Source: a virus
Virus record (IMG/VR): IMGVR_UViG_3300037054_000044
Location: 21,206 to 85,205 of that record
Reading direction: 5' to 3' (one strand)
Length of the DNA: 64,000 nucleotides
Part shown: one piece after another, positions 29,421-38,915 of the stretch
Layout: each line of letters starts with the position of its first letter
Position numbering within the stretch: position 1 is the stretch's first letter
Notes under the pieces: generated by a model
Databases searched by the model: none
Seen by the model: the letters and a program-made list of their open reading frames with translations, nothing else
What the model was told of the DNA's origin: nothing
Made by a program: the position numbers and the translations under genes

Positions 29421-29845
29421 GAGTTGAACTCCTGTTCCTCTGCTATGCGTCTGCGGAGCAGTCCCGCTACGACTTTACCCGAAGCATGGTCCCACTTCTC
29501 AAACTCATTGGCAGCCCCAGCAAAGTCCCCTTGATTGAGCAGGACAAGCATAGTAGAGCCTCTGAATGCCCCTACGCCACAGTTGTAGCAAAAGTCTACT
29601 AATCCATCGTATTGACCTTGAGATAGAGGAACAGTTACCAATGTATTTACAGCGTGCTCTGCTTTGGTAAGGTCGAGTATGAGTTGACTATCGGCTGAAT
29701 TCTGATCCCACGTTAGTCCCTCTACGACTTCAGGTCCAACGTGCCCAAAACCAATCGTCCATATGCCCTTAATGTCTTGGTAAGCCGTGAGACGACAAGA
29801 TTCAAAACTCTTGGTTAACGCTATCCCTTCTTTTGAGTACTGCAT
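29417..29845 (-). CDS. Lysozyme/endolysin (GH24)
   Basis: FESCRLTAYQD..GIWTIGFGH, FCYNCG, GLLRRRIAE. Confidence 0.92.
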   Translation of the reverse strand: MQYSKEGIALTKSFESCRLTAYQDIKGIWTIGFGHVGPEVVEGLTWDQNSADSQLILDLTKAEHAVNTLVTVPLSQGQYDGLVDFCYNCGVGAFRGSTMLVLLNQGDFAGAANEFEKWDHASGKVVAGLLRRRIAEEQEFNS

Positions 29846-30234
29846 AGTTTGCACCCTTTCTTTATGATGCCTCTTGATGTGTGCCAGCGATTGTGTGCGA
29901 GTGCTCCTGCTTGTCCAGTTCTACGGGCTAGTTGCCCTGCTGCTTTGGCAGCTTTCCTGTTGTGCTGTAACTTTGCCTCGGTCATTCTCTGGTTCTTCTT
30001 TGAATCCCCTGCGCTTGCCCATCGCACGTTTCCCGGTTCGTAGTTTCCATCGTTGTCTTTGCGGTCTAACAAGAATGAAGGGTCTGGTTTCTTTCCAACA
30101 CACTTCAAGAACTGTTCAAAACTTTTGAACAGGAATTTTATGCCACGTCCGGCGTAGTCTTCATAATCTGGTTCCCCCGGCTTGCGAGAGCACCTAGACT
30201 TTGCGTTTAGGAAAGCAGAGTATTCCACTGTCAT
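29821..30234 (-). CDS. HNH-type endonuclease (RGIKF..LDRKDNDGNYEPGNVRWA family); true start may be frameshifted at 30293
   Basis: Family motif; strong RBS and ATG at 30293 in another frame. Confidence 0.75.
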   Translation of the reverse strand: MTVEYSAFLNAKSRCSRKPGEPDYEDYAGRGIKFLFKSFEQFLKCVGKKPDPSFLLDRKDNDGNYEPGNVRWASAGDSKKNQRMTEAKLQHNRKAAKAAGQLARRTGQAGALAHNRWHTSRGIIKKGCKLCSTQKKG

Positions 30235-30314
30235 CCTACGACGTGGCCGCGAGTGGTACCTTATAGTGTTTTCGGTTTTGGTCCCGGTTTCATAGACACA
30301 CTCCTCCTAGTTTT

Positions 30315-30343
30315 AGGATACCAAGTTTTGGCACCTTTGTCAA
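30315..30343 (-). promoter_or_regulatory. Sigma70-type promoter
   Basis: TTGACA-17 bp-TATCCT with TG extension. Confidence 0.65.
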
Positions 30344-30487
30344 CTTATCTCGGGTGCGTCATGATGTAGTGCAATCCGAAGATTTGCACCCCAAGCGTGA
30401 CCAGTTGCAGCACAACACTAACGATGGAGTCCAGCGTACGAATGAACTCCTCTCGGTTATGGTCTCCTAATAACTTTTTTACCCACA

Positions 30488-30889
30488 TCAGTTTCTGCCC
30501 TCCTTCATCTCATCGACGCGCACAAGGTCATGGCAACCTATGCCCTGCACCATGTGTGACGCTTTCGTTTTGTAGGTCAGCAGCAAAGGGTTGTGCTTGC
30601 CCTCGAACATCTCCGCAAGTTTCTTCTTGTCACACAGTAGAATATCCTCAGTGAACAAGTTGTAGGTCGCCAGCGGCTGGATGCGGACTACAACCGCGTC
30701 GTCCACGATGCCAGAAACCGATATCTCTCCCGCCTTGTACGTGTACGGATTCAGCGTGTACTGCGTGACGCAGCCCTCGGGAAGCCAGCACGTTGTGTCA
30801 CTCTTCTTTGAGTTGGTTGAGCAGCGTGACATCTCTGAGAGTCCCAACAGGAGCACTAAGAGCATGGCTATAACGATTAGAGATTTCAT
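30488..30889 (-). CDS. Secreted/membrane hypothetical protein
   Basis: N-terminal signal peptide. Confidence 0.6.
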   Translation of the reverse strand: MKSLIVIAMLLVLLLGLSEMSRCSTNSKKSDTTCWLPEGCVTQYTLNPYTYKAGEISVSGIVDDAVVVRIQPLATYNLFTEDILLCDKKKLAEMFEGKHNPLLLTYKTKASHMVQGIGCHDLVRVDEMKEGRN

Positions 30890-31030
30890 AGCAAGTCACC
30901 TAGGATGCCGCCCAGCATGGCTATGCCAGCCCCCGCTGCCGCCAGCAATGCTGACGGCCAGAAGCCTGTGTACTTGTACAAGCCAAGGTTGATGATGGCT
31001 AGGATGACCCAGCCGATTGCAACGAGTAGT

Positions 31031-31555
31031 CTATGCGGTAGCAACGGGCACCTCCATAAGTTGCTGTGTAAGTCCCTGTGGAAGGCCAGCGCCTCCTTCA
31101 AACACAACATTCACCTTAGGTGCTTCCTTCGGCTCAGGCTTCTGTGGCGTGACCTTGGCAACCTTGCCACATGCTGTGCAGCGCCAGTGACCCAAGCCCT
31201 TCGGCTTGTCTTTCGTTTTGCCGGTCTCAGGGTCTTTCACCGACTCCTTCATACCAGCGCGAGGCTTGCGTGAAGGTGCGGAGCAGCATGCCGAGATGTA
31301 CTCATGCACGGGACCGCGCTGTACGATGGGCTTTGCTACGGGCTTTGCTTTTTTGGCCCAGCGTGCTCTCTTCTGGTTCCGTGACGGTTCGTTGGGTCTC
31401 TGTGCGCTGCCCGAGGACTTCTGCACGGTAGGCTTTGCGGTCTGTTTTCCGGCTGAAGACTTGTTCTGTTGTTTCATCTTGAGCCACTTCGGCACTGGCT
31501 TGGTGGCACTCGTTGAAGAGGTCGGTACGGTCGTTGAATTGGGTGCTGCGCACAT
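31031..31555 (-). CDS. Basic hypothetical protein with zinc-ribbon
   Basis: SACCSA...HWRCTACGK; AAGGAG RBS. Confidence 0.6.
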   Translation of the reverse strand: MCAAPNSTTVPTSSTSATKPVPKWLKMKQQNKSSAGKQTAKPTVQKSSGSAQRPNEPSRNQKRARWAKKAKPVAKPIVQRGPVHEYISACCSAPSRKPRAGMKESVKDPETGKTKDKPKGLGHWRCTACGKVAKVTPQKPEPKEAPKVNVVFEGGAGLPQGLTQQLMEVPVATA

Positions 31556-31575
31556 TATTAGCTCCTTTTAGGTTT

Positions 31576-32151
31576 TTAGTCTAACAGTCTGAATTTTGGA
31601 AGTTGTGATCTATATTGTCGAAACCTATGCATGAACTCCATAGGTACTCGACCGCTCGCTTCAAGCATGTCCTCGTAGGTGTATTCTTTCACATATTTAA
31701 AGATCAGTTCCTCAGCCTCACCGCAGGGTGGATAGAACTCTTGCAATGCCACGTTTCCTGTTGTGTAAATCTCTCCGCGAAACGCCTTGCGGTCTGCTTC
31801 TTTCACTTCCTTGCAGGCGTGTTCGTCAGGAAAAGTGATTCCATGGTACTCGTAAATGGAATGCAACAGTTCCTTCTCGAATGCCTCTATTTCTTCTGTT
31901 TTGGCGGGTTTTGGCGTGTCTCCGGTAATTGTCTCCGGTGAATCATGAAGTAGCCCATCGAACTGTAGAGATGTAGGCAGCAGGTCACACACCACGAAAG
32001 TGTGTAGTGCTACCGAAAAGAATCTGCGCCCAGCCCCAGCAAACCTTCCCTCCCTAGACAACGAAATTGCTGTATCAAGGAGGGAAGGTGCTCCACCGGG
32101 GAACGCTATCTTGCCGGAGTAGGTGTATAGTGTACCACGATGTTCAGACAA
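31576..32151 (-). CDS. HD-domain phosphohydrolase (YfbR/YfdR-like)
   Basis: RFAG..FSVALH, LLHDSPE.ITGD.P.P.K, VKEAD. Confidence 0.85.
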   Translation of the reverse strand: MSEHRGTLYTYSGKIAFPGGAPSLLDTAISLSREGRFAGAGRRFFSVALHTFVVCDLLPTSLQFDGLLHDSPETITGDTPKPAKTEEIEAFEKELLHSIYEYHGITFPDEHACKEVKEADRKAFRGEIYTTGNVALQEFYPPCGEAEELIFKYVKEYTYEDMLEASGRVPMEFMHRFRQYRSQLPKFRLLD

Positions 32152-33262
32152 TAGGTGCTCCTGAGACGGGTTGCGTCTCTTCCTTCTTGATCAGCGCGGC
32201 CACATCATTTCGTAGACGCTCTACCACTTCGAAGTGACTTGCCAAGTACAGTTTCAGGTTATCCATTCCGTTAGCAATTTTTTCTGGCCCTATAGGCACG
32301 GGCTTTCCTTTTACTTCAGTTGTGCTGCCTACATCATACCAGAACCAGCTTCCCTTCTGCTCAAACAACTTACGACCAACTGCAAACTCTATAAGGTTGT
32401 CTGTTTTGTCAAAGCCGGGTGTCCTTCCCTTACCGGGGTAAATGAGGTTGATCTGTGTGCGCCGGAAGGGTATGCCCCCACCGTTCTTCACACACCTTAG
32501 GTCAATGCTGTGGCCTATGATGTTTTCCTTGGTGCCTTCCCAAATTGCCTCTTTACGGCTAATGCTTAGGCGCACACTGGAGTAGAACTTCAAGGCGCGT
32601 CCACCGGGAGTCGTTTCGGGATTACCATAGACAATGCCAATCTTGTCCCTCACTTGATTCAGCCACAGTATGGTAGTTTGGCTACGCGAGCACTTTCCTG
32701 TCAGGATGCGCATAGCCTGACTGAACATCCTAGCCTGCAGACCCATGTGTTGGTCTCCGATGTCACCAGCAAGTTCGGCTTCAGGAACTAAAGCAGCGGC
32801 AGAATCAATCACGATCAAGGTGACCGCCCCTGACTCTACTAACTTGTCTACAGTGTCAAGTGCTTCTTCTCCACTGTTAGGCTGATTGAATAGCAGGTTG
32901 TCGATGTTTACACCTAGCACCTGTGCGTAGGTTGGCTCCAGTTTATGCTCTGCGTCTACATAGGCTACGATGCCTCCTGCGTTCTGTTCTTGTGCTGTGA
33001 TATGTAGCGCCGTTGTAGTTTTCCCAGAGGCTTCCGCCCCGAAGATTTCTACGATACGGCCACGTGGTACGCCTCCGTATTGGAGGACATCGTAGTCAAA
33101 CGTAGGAAGGTTGGTCTTGATGCAGGGCACACGCAGTACAGGCTTGTCCCCTAGGCGCACTATGGAATTCTTAACCTCTCTTCCAATCTTTGTAATCGTG
33201 TGCGCCTCGTCTAGTTGTTTGCTGAGTGCTGCGATTTGTCGAAACTTATCTGCGTTGCTCAT
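32144..33262 (-). CDS. recA: RecA recombinase
   Basis: GGVPRGRIVEIFGAEASGKTT, IVIDSAAALVPEAE, GLQARMFSQA, ETTPGGRALKFYSSVRL. Confidence 0.97.
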   Translation of the reverse strand: MSNADKFRQIAALSKQLDEAHTITKIGREVKNSIVRLGDKPVLRVPCIKTNLPTFDYDVLQYGGVPRGRIVEIFGAEASGKTTTALHITAQEQNAGGIVAYVDAEHKLEPTYAQVLGVNIDNLLFNQPNSGEEALDTVDKLVESGAVTLIVIDSAAALVPEAELAGDIGDQHMGLQARMFSQAMRILTGKCSRSQTTILWLNQVRDKIGIVYGNPETTPGGRALKFYSSVRLSISRKEAIWEGTKENIIGHSIDLRCVKNGGGIPFRRTQINLIYPGKGRTPGFDKTDNLIEFAVGRKLFEQKGSWFWYDVGSTTEVKGKPVPIGPEKIANGMDNLKLYLASHFEVVERLRNDVAALIKKEETQPVSGAPIV

Positions 33263-33671
33263 CCAGTGCCCTTTCCCGTGCTTCCTTGGCTTCCTTCTTC
33301 GTGTCAAAAGTACCTAGCCAAGTTTCCTTGTCGTTCCTGTGTATCCTTGCGTACCACTTACCAGAGGCTTCGTGCCACCCGTACCCTTTGCCGTAGGCTC
33401 TCTTGTTCTTCTGTTGCTGGCTTCGTGTTGCCCAGCGTACATTCCCCGGTTCGTAGTTGCCGTCGTTATCGGGGTAGCGGTCTAGCGAGTGCTCGGGGGT
33501 AGGGCGCGGTCCTATTTCCGCAATGAGTTCCAAGATGTGTTTGAACAGGAACTTTATGCCGCGCCCTCCGTGTGAGTGCCAGCGTTGACTGTTTGGGTTG
33601 GTGCAGCGGTCCTTAGCCGTCTGGTAGACTTGGTATTCCGGTGTGCCCGATATTCCTTTGTTTTTTGACAT
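33246..33671 (-). CDS. HNH-AP2 homing endonuclease
   Basis: GGRGIKF..SLDR..NDGNYEPGNVRWAT plus KWYARI..WLGTF AP2 domain. Confidence 0.88.
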   Translation of the reverse strand: MSKNKGISGTPEYQVYQTAKDRCTNPNSQRWHSHGGRGIKFLFKHILELIAEIGPRPTPEHSLDRYPDNDGNYEPGNVRWATRSQQQKNKRAYGKGYGWHEASGKWYARIHRNDKETWLGTFDTKKEAKEARERALDEQRR

Positions 33672-33697
33672 TTTTAACCTTTTCTCTAACTGATTAA

Positions 33698-33726
33698 AGT
33701 ATAACACACTTTGAGAGGAAAGTCAA
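33698..33726 (-). promoter_or_regulatory. Sigma70-type promoter
   Basis: TTGACT-17 bp-TATACT. Confidence 0.7.
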
Positions 33727-33728
33727 GT

Positions 33729-33992
33729 CTAATCTGGCAGTCCACGCGGGTCTACTCCAATGTATGACCTTCCTTCGTAGGAATGGTCGTTATCTTCACT
33801 GTTGCCTTGGTATGCCGTCCATGACACAGGCAGAGACTTGTGTTTCTCCTGATAATCTTCTAATGCTTTTCTTGTCTCTGCTATGCGTTTACTAGCATAG
33901 GTTTTAGCCTCTTCTGTAGTGGCTCTACCCATCAACAGTAGAGCACCTTCACAGTCGCTCTGCAATATTCTTTCATCCCAGTTACTCGCCAA
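33729..33992 (-). CDS. Hypothetical protein
   Basis: ORF in operon. Confidence 0.5.
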   Translation of the reverse strand: MASNWDERILQSDCEGALLLMGRATTEEAKTYASKRIAETRKALEDYQEKHKSLPVSWTAYQGNSEDNDHSYEGRSYIGVDPRGLPD

Positions 33993-34413
33993 ACGTGCCT
34001 CCTACGATAGTTGCTGGGGCCTCGTCCTGAGGCTTGACGGTGATCTCCGCTGCGAGCGCAGGGAGTAATTGAGAACTGATAAAACCATGGAACATGCGAA
34101 CGAACTTCGTGCCCTTCATGGCGACCAGTGCCTTGACACCTTTCGTGGTCAGCACGGCGTGGATGAAGTCCAGATCGACGCTGGTAGCAAAGTATGCAGA
34201 CCAGCAGTCAACGCAGTTGCTCTTAGGATCATGATCCTTGCTGAACCGCGCTTTGTGTTCGCAGGCTTTGACGGTGCCGTGTGTAATGGTCAGGTACTGA
34301 CGGCGCAACTGTCCAAGCTGCTTCCGCGTTAGCTTTTCAGGAGGTGCAGCAGGAAGCGTAGGTTCTTCAGTCGAACTGGTTAGGCTCTGTTCCATCTGCT
34401 CTAAAGATTCCAT
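33982..34413 (-). CDS. Hypothetical protein
   Basis: ORF in operon, CxH..CxxC. Confidence 0.55.
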   Translation of the reverse strand: MESLEQMEQSLTSSTEEPTLPAAPPEKLTRKQLGQLRRQYLTITHGTVKACEHKARFSKDHDPKSNCVDCWSAYFATSVDLDFIHAVLTTKGVKALVAMKGTKFVRMFHGFISSQLLPALAAEITVKPQDEAPATIVGGTFGE

Positions 34414-34798
34414 TGGCTGACCCTTTCATGTAACTGCGGATTTGGTCGTTTTTAATCTTGTAATAGAGCCTTGCGTACGTGCCATCCGGCCCCAGGCCAT
34501 ACTCAGCGAACGTTCTACCGAGTGCTTCGCGTAGCGTCTCTGAGAGAATGTCAATGTTCTCATTGTAGACGGCTCGAAGGAATATATCGTAGAACCTTTG
34601 GCCAACCGCTCGCTTCACTTTCACTTCCACGTCGATGATGAAGTCAATAGGCTCGGCGGCTACTTCGTCCTGCTTGTACACCGCCTGCTTCACTCGCAGG
34701 GACATGCTGTTGGTTTTCAACACAGAATACAACGCCACAACGCTATTAAACTCTTCGAGATAATCGCGCTTCTGCGTTACTTCATTGATCGTTGTCAT
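34367..34798 (-). CDS. Hypothetical protein
   Basis: ORF in operon. Confidence 0.55.
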   Translation of the reverse strand: MTTINEVTQKRDYLEEFNSVVALYSVLKTNSMSLRVKQAVYKQDEVAAEPIDFIIDVEVKVKRAVGQRFYDIFLRAVYNENIDILSETLREALGRTFAEYGLGPDGTYARLYYKIKNDQIRSYMKGSANGIFRADGTEPNQFD

Positions 34799-34801
34799 TT
34801 C

Positions 34802-35443
34802 TCACTTTCTTTTGTTAATCTCTAACACCTTAAACAGCGTTTGTGCAGGGGGATTTTCTAGGTATGCCACTGCGTTCTTGAGCCATTCCACATTGTCTAC
34901 GCGTCCTAACTTTGCATTACACCCTGCATAACGACCACCGCACAACAGTCCTCTTACCGTAGACTTCTTGTCAGGCTGTGGTTTTGTTTTCTTTGTAACG
35001 TGTCTGTGGTCTACTTCAGCACGTGTTGGATCGCCCTCTGTAGGAGGAACCACTGAAAATGCCCCATTTATCAGCAACGCCCTGCCACAAATTGCGCAGT
35101 TCCCACTTTGGTAGGTAAACAAAGCAAGGTACTCATCGAGAGACATCCCGTAAGCACGACGGATGTGGCCTTCTACTGTGCAGAGTTTGCATTTATAGTC
35201 CTCTGCTCTTCCACAGAATTCAGTGTCGTGTCCTTTTTTGCAGATTCTCCTTTTTATGCAGCTTTTGCATCCTGTAGAAAAACCACCCTTCAAGTGATAA
35301 TAGTCCACTTTGCAAATTGCCCCACACATACATTTGCACCAGTAGTGTATGTGTTTTCCGTTTGCTTCGGGAAGCAACTCTTCCCCTACAGTCCAGTTCC
35401 CAAACTGCTTACCAGTTAGACTGGGAACAGTGCGTTTCTTCAT
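34802..35443 (-). CDS. Endonuclease VII-like HNH
   Basis: LTGKQFG..WCKCMCG; YGMSLDEY..QSGNCAIC; VDH; VRGLLC..CN.KLG. Confidence 0.88.
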   Translation of the reverse strand: MKKRTVPSLTGKQFGNWTVGEELLPEANGKHIHYWCKCMCGAICKVDYYHLKGGFSTGCKSCIKRRICKKGHDTEFCGRAEDYKCKLCTVEGHIRRAYGMSLDEYLALFTYQSGNCAICGRALLINGAFSVVPPTEGDPTRAEVDHRHVTKKTKPQPDKKSTVRGLLCGGRYAGCNAKLGRVDNVEWLKNAVAYLENPPAQTLFKVLEINKRK

Positions 35444-35606
35444 TGCTTGCCTTCCTGTACAGCGCCAAGTCTCCAACCTTGTAGGCGTCCTTCTTGATGA
35501 CACACTGGTATCCGCCGATGAACACGATGCCTAGGGTATCGGCATTGCTGTGCGGCAGAATCTCTTCGATGCGAACTACGTTGACTCTGTGTGTGCTGTT
35601 GCTCAT
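35409..35606 (-). pseudogene. 5' fragment of DRB0094-family RNA ligase
   Basis: VVRIEEILPHSNADTL...GGYQCVIKKDAYKVGDLALY, then runs into the HNH gene; no catalytic part found. Confidence 0.6.
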
Positions 35607-35628
35607 GTTCCCTCCAAACTAAAATGGT

Positions 35629-35650
35629 GCCCCGGAATTTTCACCGGGGC
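35629..35650 (-). terminator. Possible terminator hairpin
   Basis: GCCCCGG/CCGGGGC stem followed by ACCATTTT on - strand. Confidence 0.4.
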
Positions 35651-35657
35651 GATTTGT

Positions 35658-35858
35658 CTAGCGTGTGTAATGCGATTTGCTGAACCGAAGCCCAATCCAC
35701 TCAGGGGTAGGTGCGTCGATCAGTGCTTGTAAAGACTCAATGGCTGCACGGTAGTATGCATAACCTTTGCGTTGCTTTGCAGTGAACACCTGCGTAACGG
35801 AAACTTTGTGCAGTATGTTTTGTGCGTGGTCTTTGTACTGCTCAAGAACTCTCTTCAT
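35658..35858 (-). CDS. Hypothetical protein
   Basis: AAGGAG RBS. Confidence 0.5.
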   Translation of the reverse strand: MKRVLEQYKDHAQNILHKVSVTQVFTAKQRKGYAYYRAAIESLQALIDAPTPEWIGLRFSKSHYTR

Positions 35859-36063
35859 GGGGTCTCCTTAGTGTTTGAATGGACTGCCATAGCGGATGAG
35901 GTAGTAAACTACGTAAATCCACCCGCCGAACAAAGCCTGTCCCAGCGCTAACCAGAACGAGGCCCACTTTGCGTACGAGAAGGCAAAGGCTAGAATGAAC
36001 CCCACTGATGCAACCCAGTCTCTTGCATAACTTACCTTTGTTGATGTACTCATGCGATCTCCT

Positions 36064-38031
36064 TTAGATTGGAATGTTGGCCGTAGCCACGGGAACTGCA
36101 TTGCCGTTCTCCATGGGAATCACATTGTTGAACGTCTGGAGGTTGGCGTTGAGTTTGCCCTTCTCTTCTGCTGAGTAAGAACGGAACTGGCTACGCGCAC
36201 CATCGCAGAATACATAGCAACTACCCCCAGCAGAATACCGGGACAGGCCGACTGTGAGTTTCGTTTTGGGATCAAAGGACTGAGAAGTCTCAGCGAAGCC
36301 AACGGACTGCTCGTCGTATTCTGACTTTTTCATCTCTCCGAGTACGCTACGCCACATTAAAATCATCGAGTCGCAATCCTTGGCGACCTGACTGCTACCG
36401 TCAATATCATTGCTAGATATAATCAGTCCTTTCTCGATGCGTTTTGGCTGCAGGATACGAATCAACTTGATGCGATAATCTTTGGCGATTTTCGCAAACT
36501 GTTTACTGATTTGAGACAGGTGAACTGTGCGGTGCCCTTGGTTGCGCAGAGTATCATCCGCCAACCTCTGCACATTGTCAAACACAACCCATTGAACGCC
36601 GTATCTCCTGATGCAGTCCCTAATCAACTTGAATACATCCTCAGGCTCCTTGACTAATGCCGGATAGGCGAAGTACAAGTCAGCACTACGGGATTGCTGT
36701 ATCTCCCTAGCTTTTACCACAGCAGTCTTCAGTTCTGCCAGTTTAGTTTTAGACTCCTCTGTTCCCGGTGCAGTGATTGTGTCTTCAAAGCCTGTAACAA
36801 GGGAAACCCATTTTCGTGCGAGTCGAGCCGAAGTCATCTCCAGACAAACGAACAATCCGTCTTCTCCATAGGTTTTCACCATATGATCTAGGATGTTGAG
36901 TCCTAAAGTTGTCTTACCTACCTTCTCCGGGGCCACTATGTCTATGACATCCCCCGCTTCGAACCCCACTAGCTTATTCAGTTCAGGCCACGGGGAAATA
37001 TAGGTTGGAGCCAAATCGGCTTTGCCATTCAATTCGTCCTCAAGTTGTTGTAAGGCATCTTTGGAGGAAGTGACCCCTGTTACATCAAAGAATACCGCAC
37101 GTCTCTTCAACTCTTCGAACCCTTCTACTGTGCCTCCACTTTGAAAATAAGCGTTGATGTCTTTGGTTCCCTTCGGCAATACAATTTTCAAGCACTTCTC
37201 AATGCCAATACGGCTGGCGAGTTCCTGCGCTCCTTTGGTACCTGCTTGGTCGCTGTCATAGAGTATGTACACTTTAGGAGCCACACGATCAAGTATTTCG
37301 ATCCATGCTGCCTTGCGTACATTGGCTCCCGGCACTCCCACTACGTTATCCACACCATGGGACATTAAAGCCAGAGCATCTGCTTCTCCTTCTACCATGA
37401 TGATTTCTTTGCACTCTTCATCTAAGGCAGGGGCATTGTACAAACCTGCTTCATGACCGCTGGGGCAAGTGAAATCTTTTTCTGCAGGGGGAAGGGTTCG
37501 CATCTTAGCGAAAGTTACGTTGCCTTCGACTGACAAGTAGGGAATAACCAGTGCGCGTGTCTCCCCCGCTTTGTGGAAGTATACTTTCTCTTTTAAGCCC
37601 AACTTCTGCCGTTCGATAATCTCCTTGGTGAAACCGCGCACGTTAAGTAGATAGTCCATAGCCGAGGCATCCCCTAGAAGGGTAGCGTGGCAAATGTCGG
37701 CATCTGGCAAAGCATCCTGCTTCTCTTTTTTCCCAGACCATTCGGCGCGGGAGTCCACATTTGCTATGCGATCTCCACAGTGTTCTTGCAGAGTCCTCAG
37801 GTTTCCTGTTTTTCCGCAACTGCCGTGATAGCAGAAAAATAACCCATCACGTGTGCTTTCCTCGGGATCATTGCAAGCCACGTAGAACTTGAACCCGCCT
37901 TTTTTGCAGAACGGGCAAGTCTCCACCTGCACCTGTCCACCTGCAGGTCCTTGCCAGTTCCACCCTTTTTTGGTTATATACTGGATTGTGGGGCTGTTCC
38001 TTAATTCTGCTGGGATTGCTTGACTTGGCAT
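36064..38031 (-). CDS. Primase-helicase (T7 gp4/Twinkle-like)
   Basis: Zn finger CPFC, TOPRIM VEGEAD / YDSD, Walker A APEKVGKT, IDGS. Confidence 0.92.
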   Translation of the reverse strand: MPSQAIPAELRNSPTIQYITKKGWNWQGPAGGQVQVETCPFCKKGGFKFYVACNDPEESTRDGLFFCYHGSCGKTGNLRTLQEHCGDRIANVDSRAEWSGKKEKQDALPDADICHATLLGDASAMDYLLNVRGFTKEIIERQKLGLKEKVYFHKAGETRALVIPYLSVEGNVTFAKMRTLPPAEKDFTCPSGHEAGLYNAPALDEECKEIIMVEGEADALALMSHGVDNVVGVPGANVRKAAWIEILDRVAPKVYILYDSDQAGTKGAQELASRIGIEKCLKIVLPKGTKDINAYFQSGGTVEGFEELKRRAVFFDVTGVTSSKDALQQLEDELNGKADLAPTYISPWPELNKLVGFEAGDVIDIVAPEKVGKTTLGLNILDHMVKTYGEDGLFVCLEMTSARLARKWVSLVTGFEDTITAPGTEESKTKLAELKTAVVKAREIQQSRSADLYFAYPALVKEPEDVFKLIRDCIRRYGVQWVVFDNVQRLADDTLRNQGHRTVHLSQISKQFAKIAKDYRIKLIRILQPKRIEKGLIISSNDIDGSSQVAKDCDSMILMWRSVLGEMKKSEYDEQSVGFAETSQSFDPKTKLTVGLSRYSAGGSCYVFCDGARSQFRSYSAEEKGKLNANLQTFNNVIPMENGNAVPVATANIPI

Positions 38032-38591
38032 TTCCACCTTCTCCTATTACGGTTGCTTTCTTTTCTGGTTACCCAGCGTACATTACCCGGTTCATAGTGT
38101 CCGTCATTGTTCCTTCTGTCGAGTATGTAACCCTGAGGTTTGACACCAATTTCTTCAAAGAATTGCTCGAAACTGGTGAATAGAAACCTTATTCCGCGAC
38201 CTCCATAGTTCTTCCAATCCTTACGCCTTGGATTAGTGCAGCGAGTTTGCGCATTCGTGTACGCTCTGTATTCTGGTGTGATTTTACCTCTACGAGTCTG
38301 TCCGTGTTTAAGCGGAGAGTGTCCTAAGATGAAAAACTTAGGCTGTCCCTTAGTGTAGCCGTTTGCGGTTTTTAATCCTGTAGCAATCTCTGTTTTACCA
38401 CCGCATCCACACTGGCATAGACCTATGGGGATGTCAGGATTCAGGTTTTGTTTTGGAGGAGCAGCTTCCCAGCGGTAGGGTTTATGTCCAGACAGGAATA
38501 CCTTAGGCGCTCCCTCTACTTGTCCCCGTTCCTTCCTTGTTTTTGCATAAACTCCCGTTTCTTTGCCGCATCCGCACTGGCATTGTGTCAT
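38001..38591 (-). CDS. HNH-type endonuclease with two CQCGCG modules
   Basis: YGGRGIRF..LDRRNNDGHYEPGNVRW. Confidence 0.85.
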   Translation of the reverse strand: MTQCQCGCGKETGVYAKTRKERGQVEGAPKVFLSGHKPYRWEAAPPKQNLNPDIPIGLCQCGCGGKTEIATGLKTANGYTKGQPKFFILGHSPLKHGQTRRGKITPEYRAYTNAQTRCTNPRRKDWKNYGGRGIRFLFTSFEQFFEEIGVKPQGYILDRRNNDGHYEPGNVRWVTRKESNRNRRRWKCQVKQSQQN

Positions 38592-38600
38592 GGGTTCCTC

Positions 38601-38915
38601 CTATTGAACCTTGCGTTCATTTGCTTGGCTGAACATCTTGCGCCCGATCTCGGTTAACTCGTAGACTCGGAACAGGCGGTTAGTCATAGCAAATATGGTT
38701 GCTAGTTTGTCCTTGGTTGCTGGCTCCTCTGTGATCTCTTTGATGAGACCAAGTATCACCAGCTGCTCATTGTCCATCATAGTTCGCATGGCCTCGTGGT
38801 AATCGTTCACCGTGTCCAGTTTAGGGTCAGGCACGGCCTGAGAGAATGCTCCCAAGCCGTTTACCATGCTTTCCAGCAATGCCACTTGCTCTGCGTTTAG
38901 TTGCGGAATACTCAC
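38601..38915 (-). CDS. Hypothetical protein
   Basis: GTGA-coupled to helicase. Confidence 0.5.
   Translation of the reverse strand: MSIPQLNAEQVALLESMVNGLGAFSQAVPDPKLDTVNDYHEAMRTMMDNEQLVILGLIKEITEEPATKDKLATIFAMTNRLFRVYELTEIGRKMFSQANERKVQ

Noticed and set aside
35625-35652. tRNA fragment ending in ACCA
   Set aside because: Just a single hairpin with no TTC loop; a terminator is the simpler reading.
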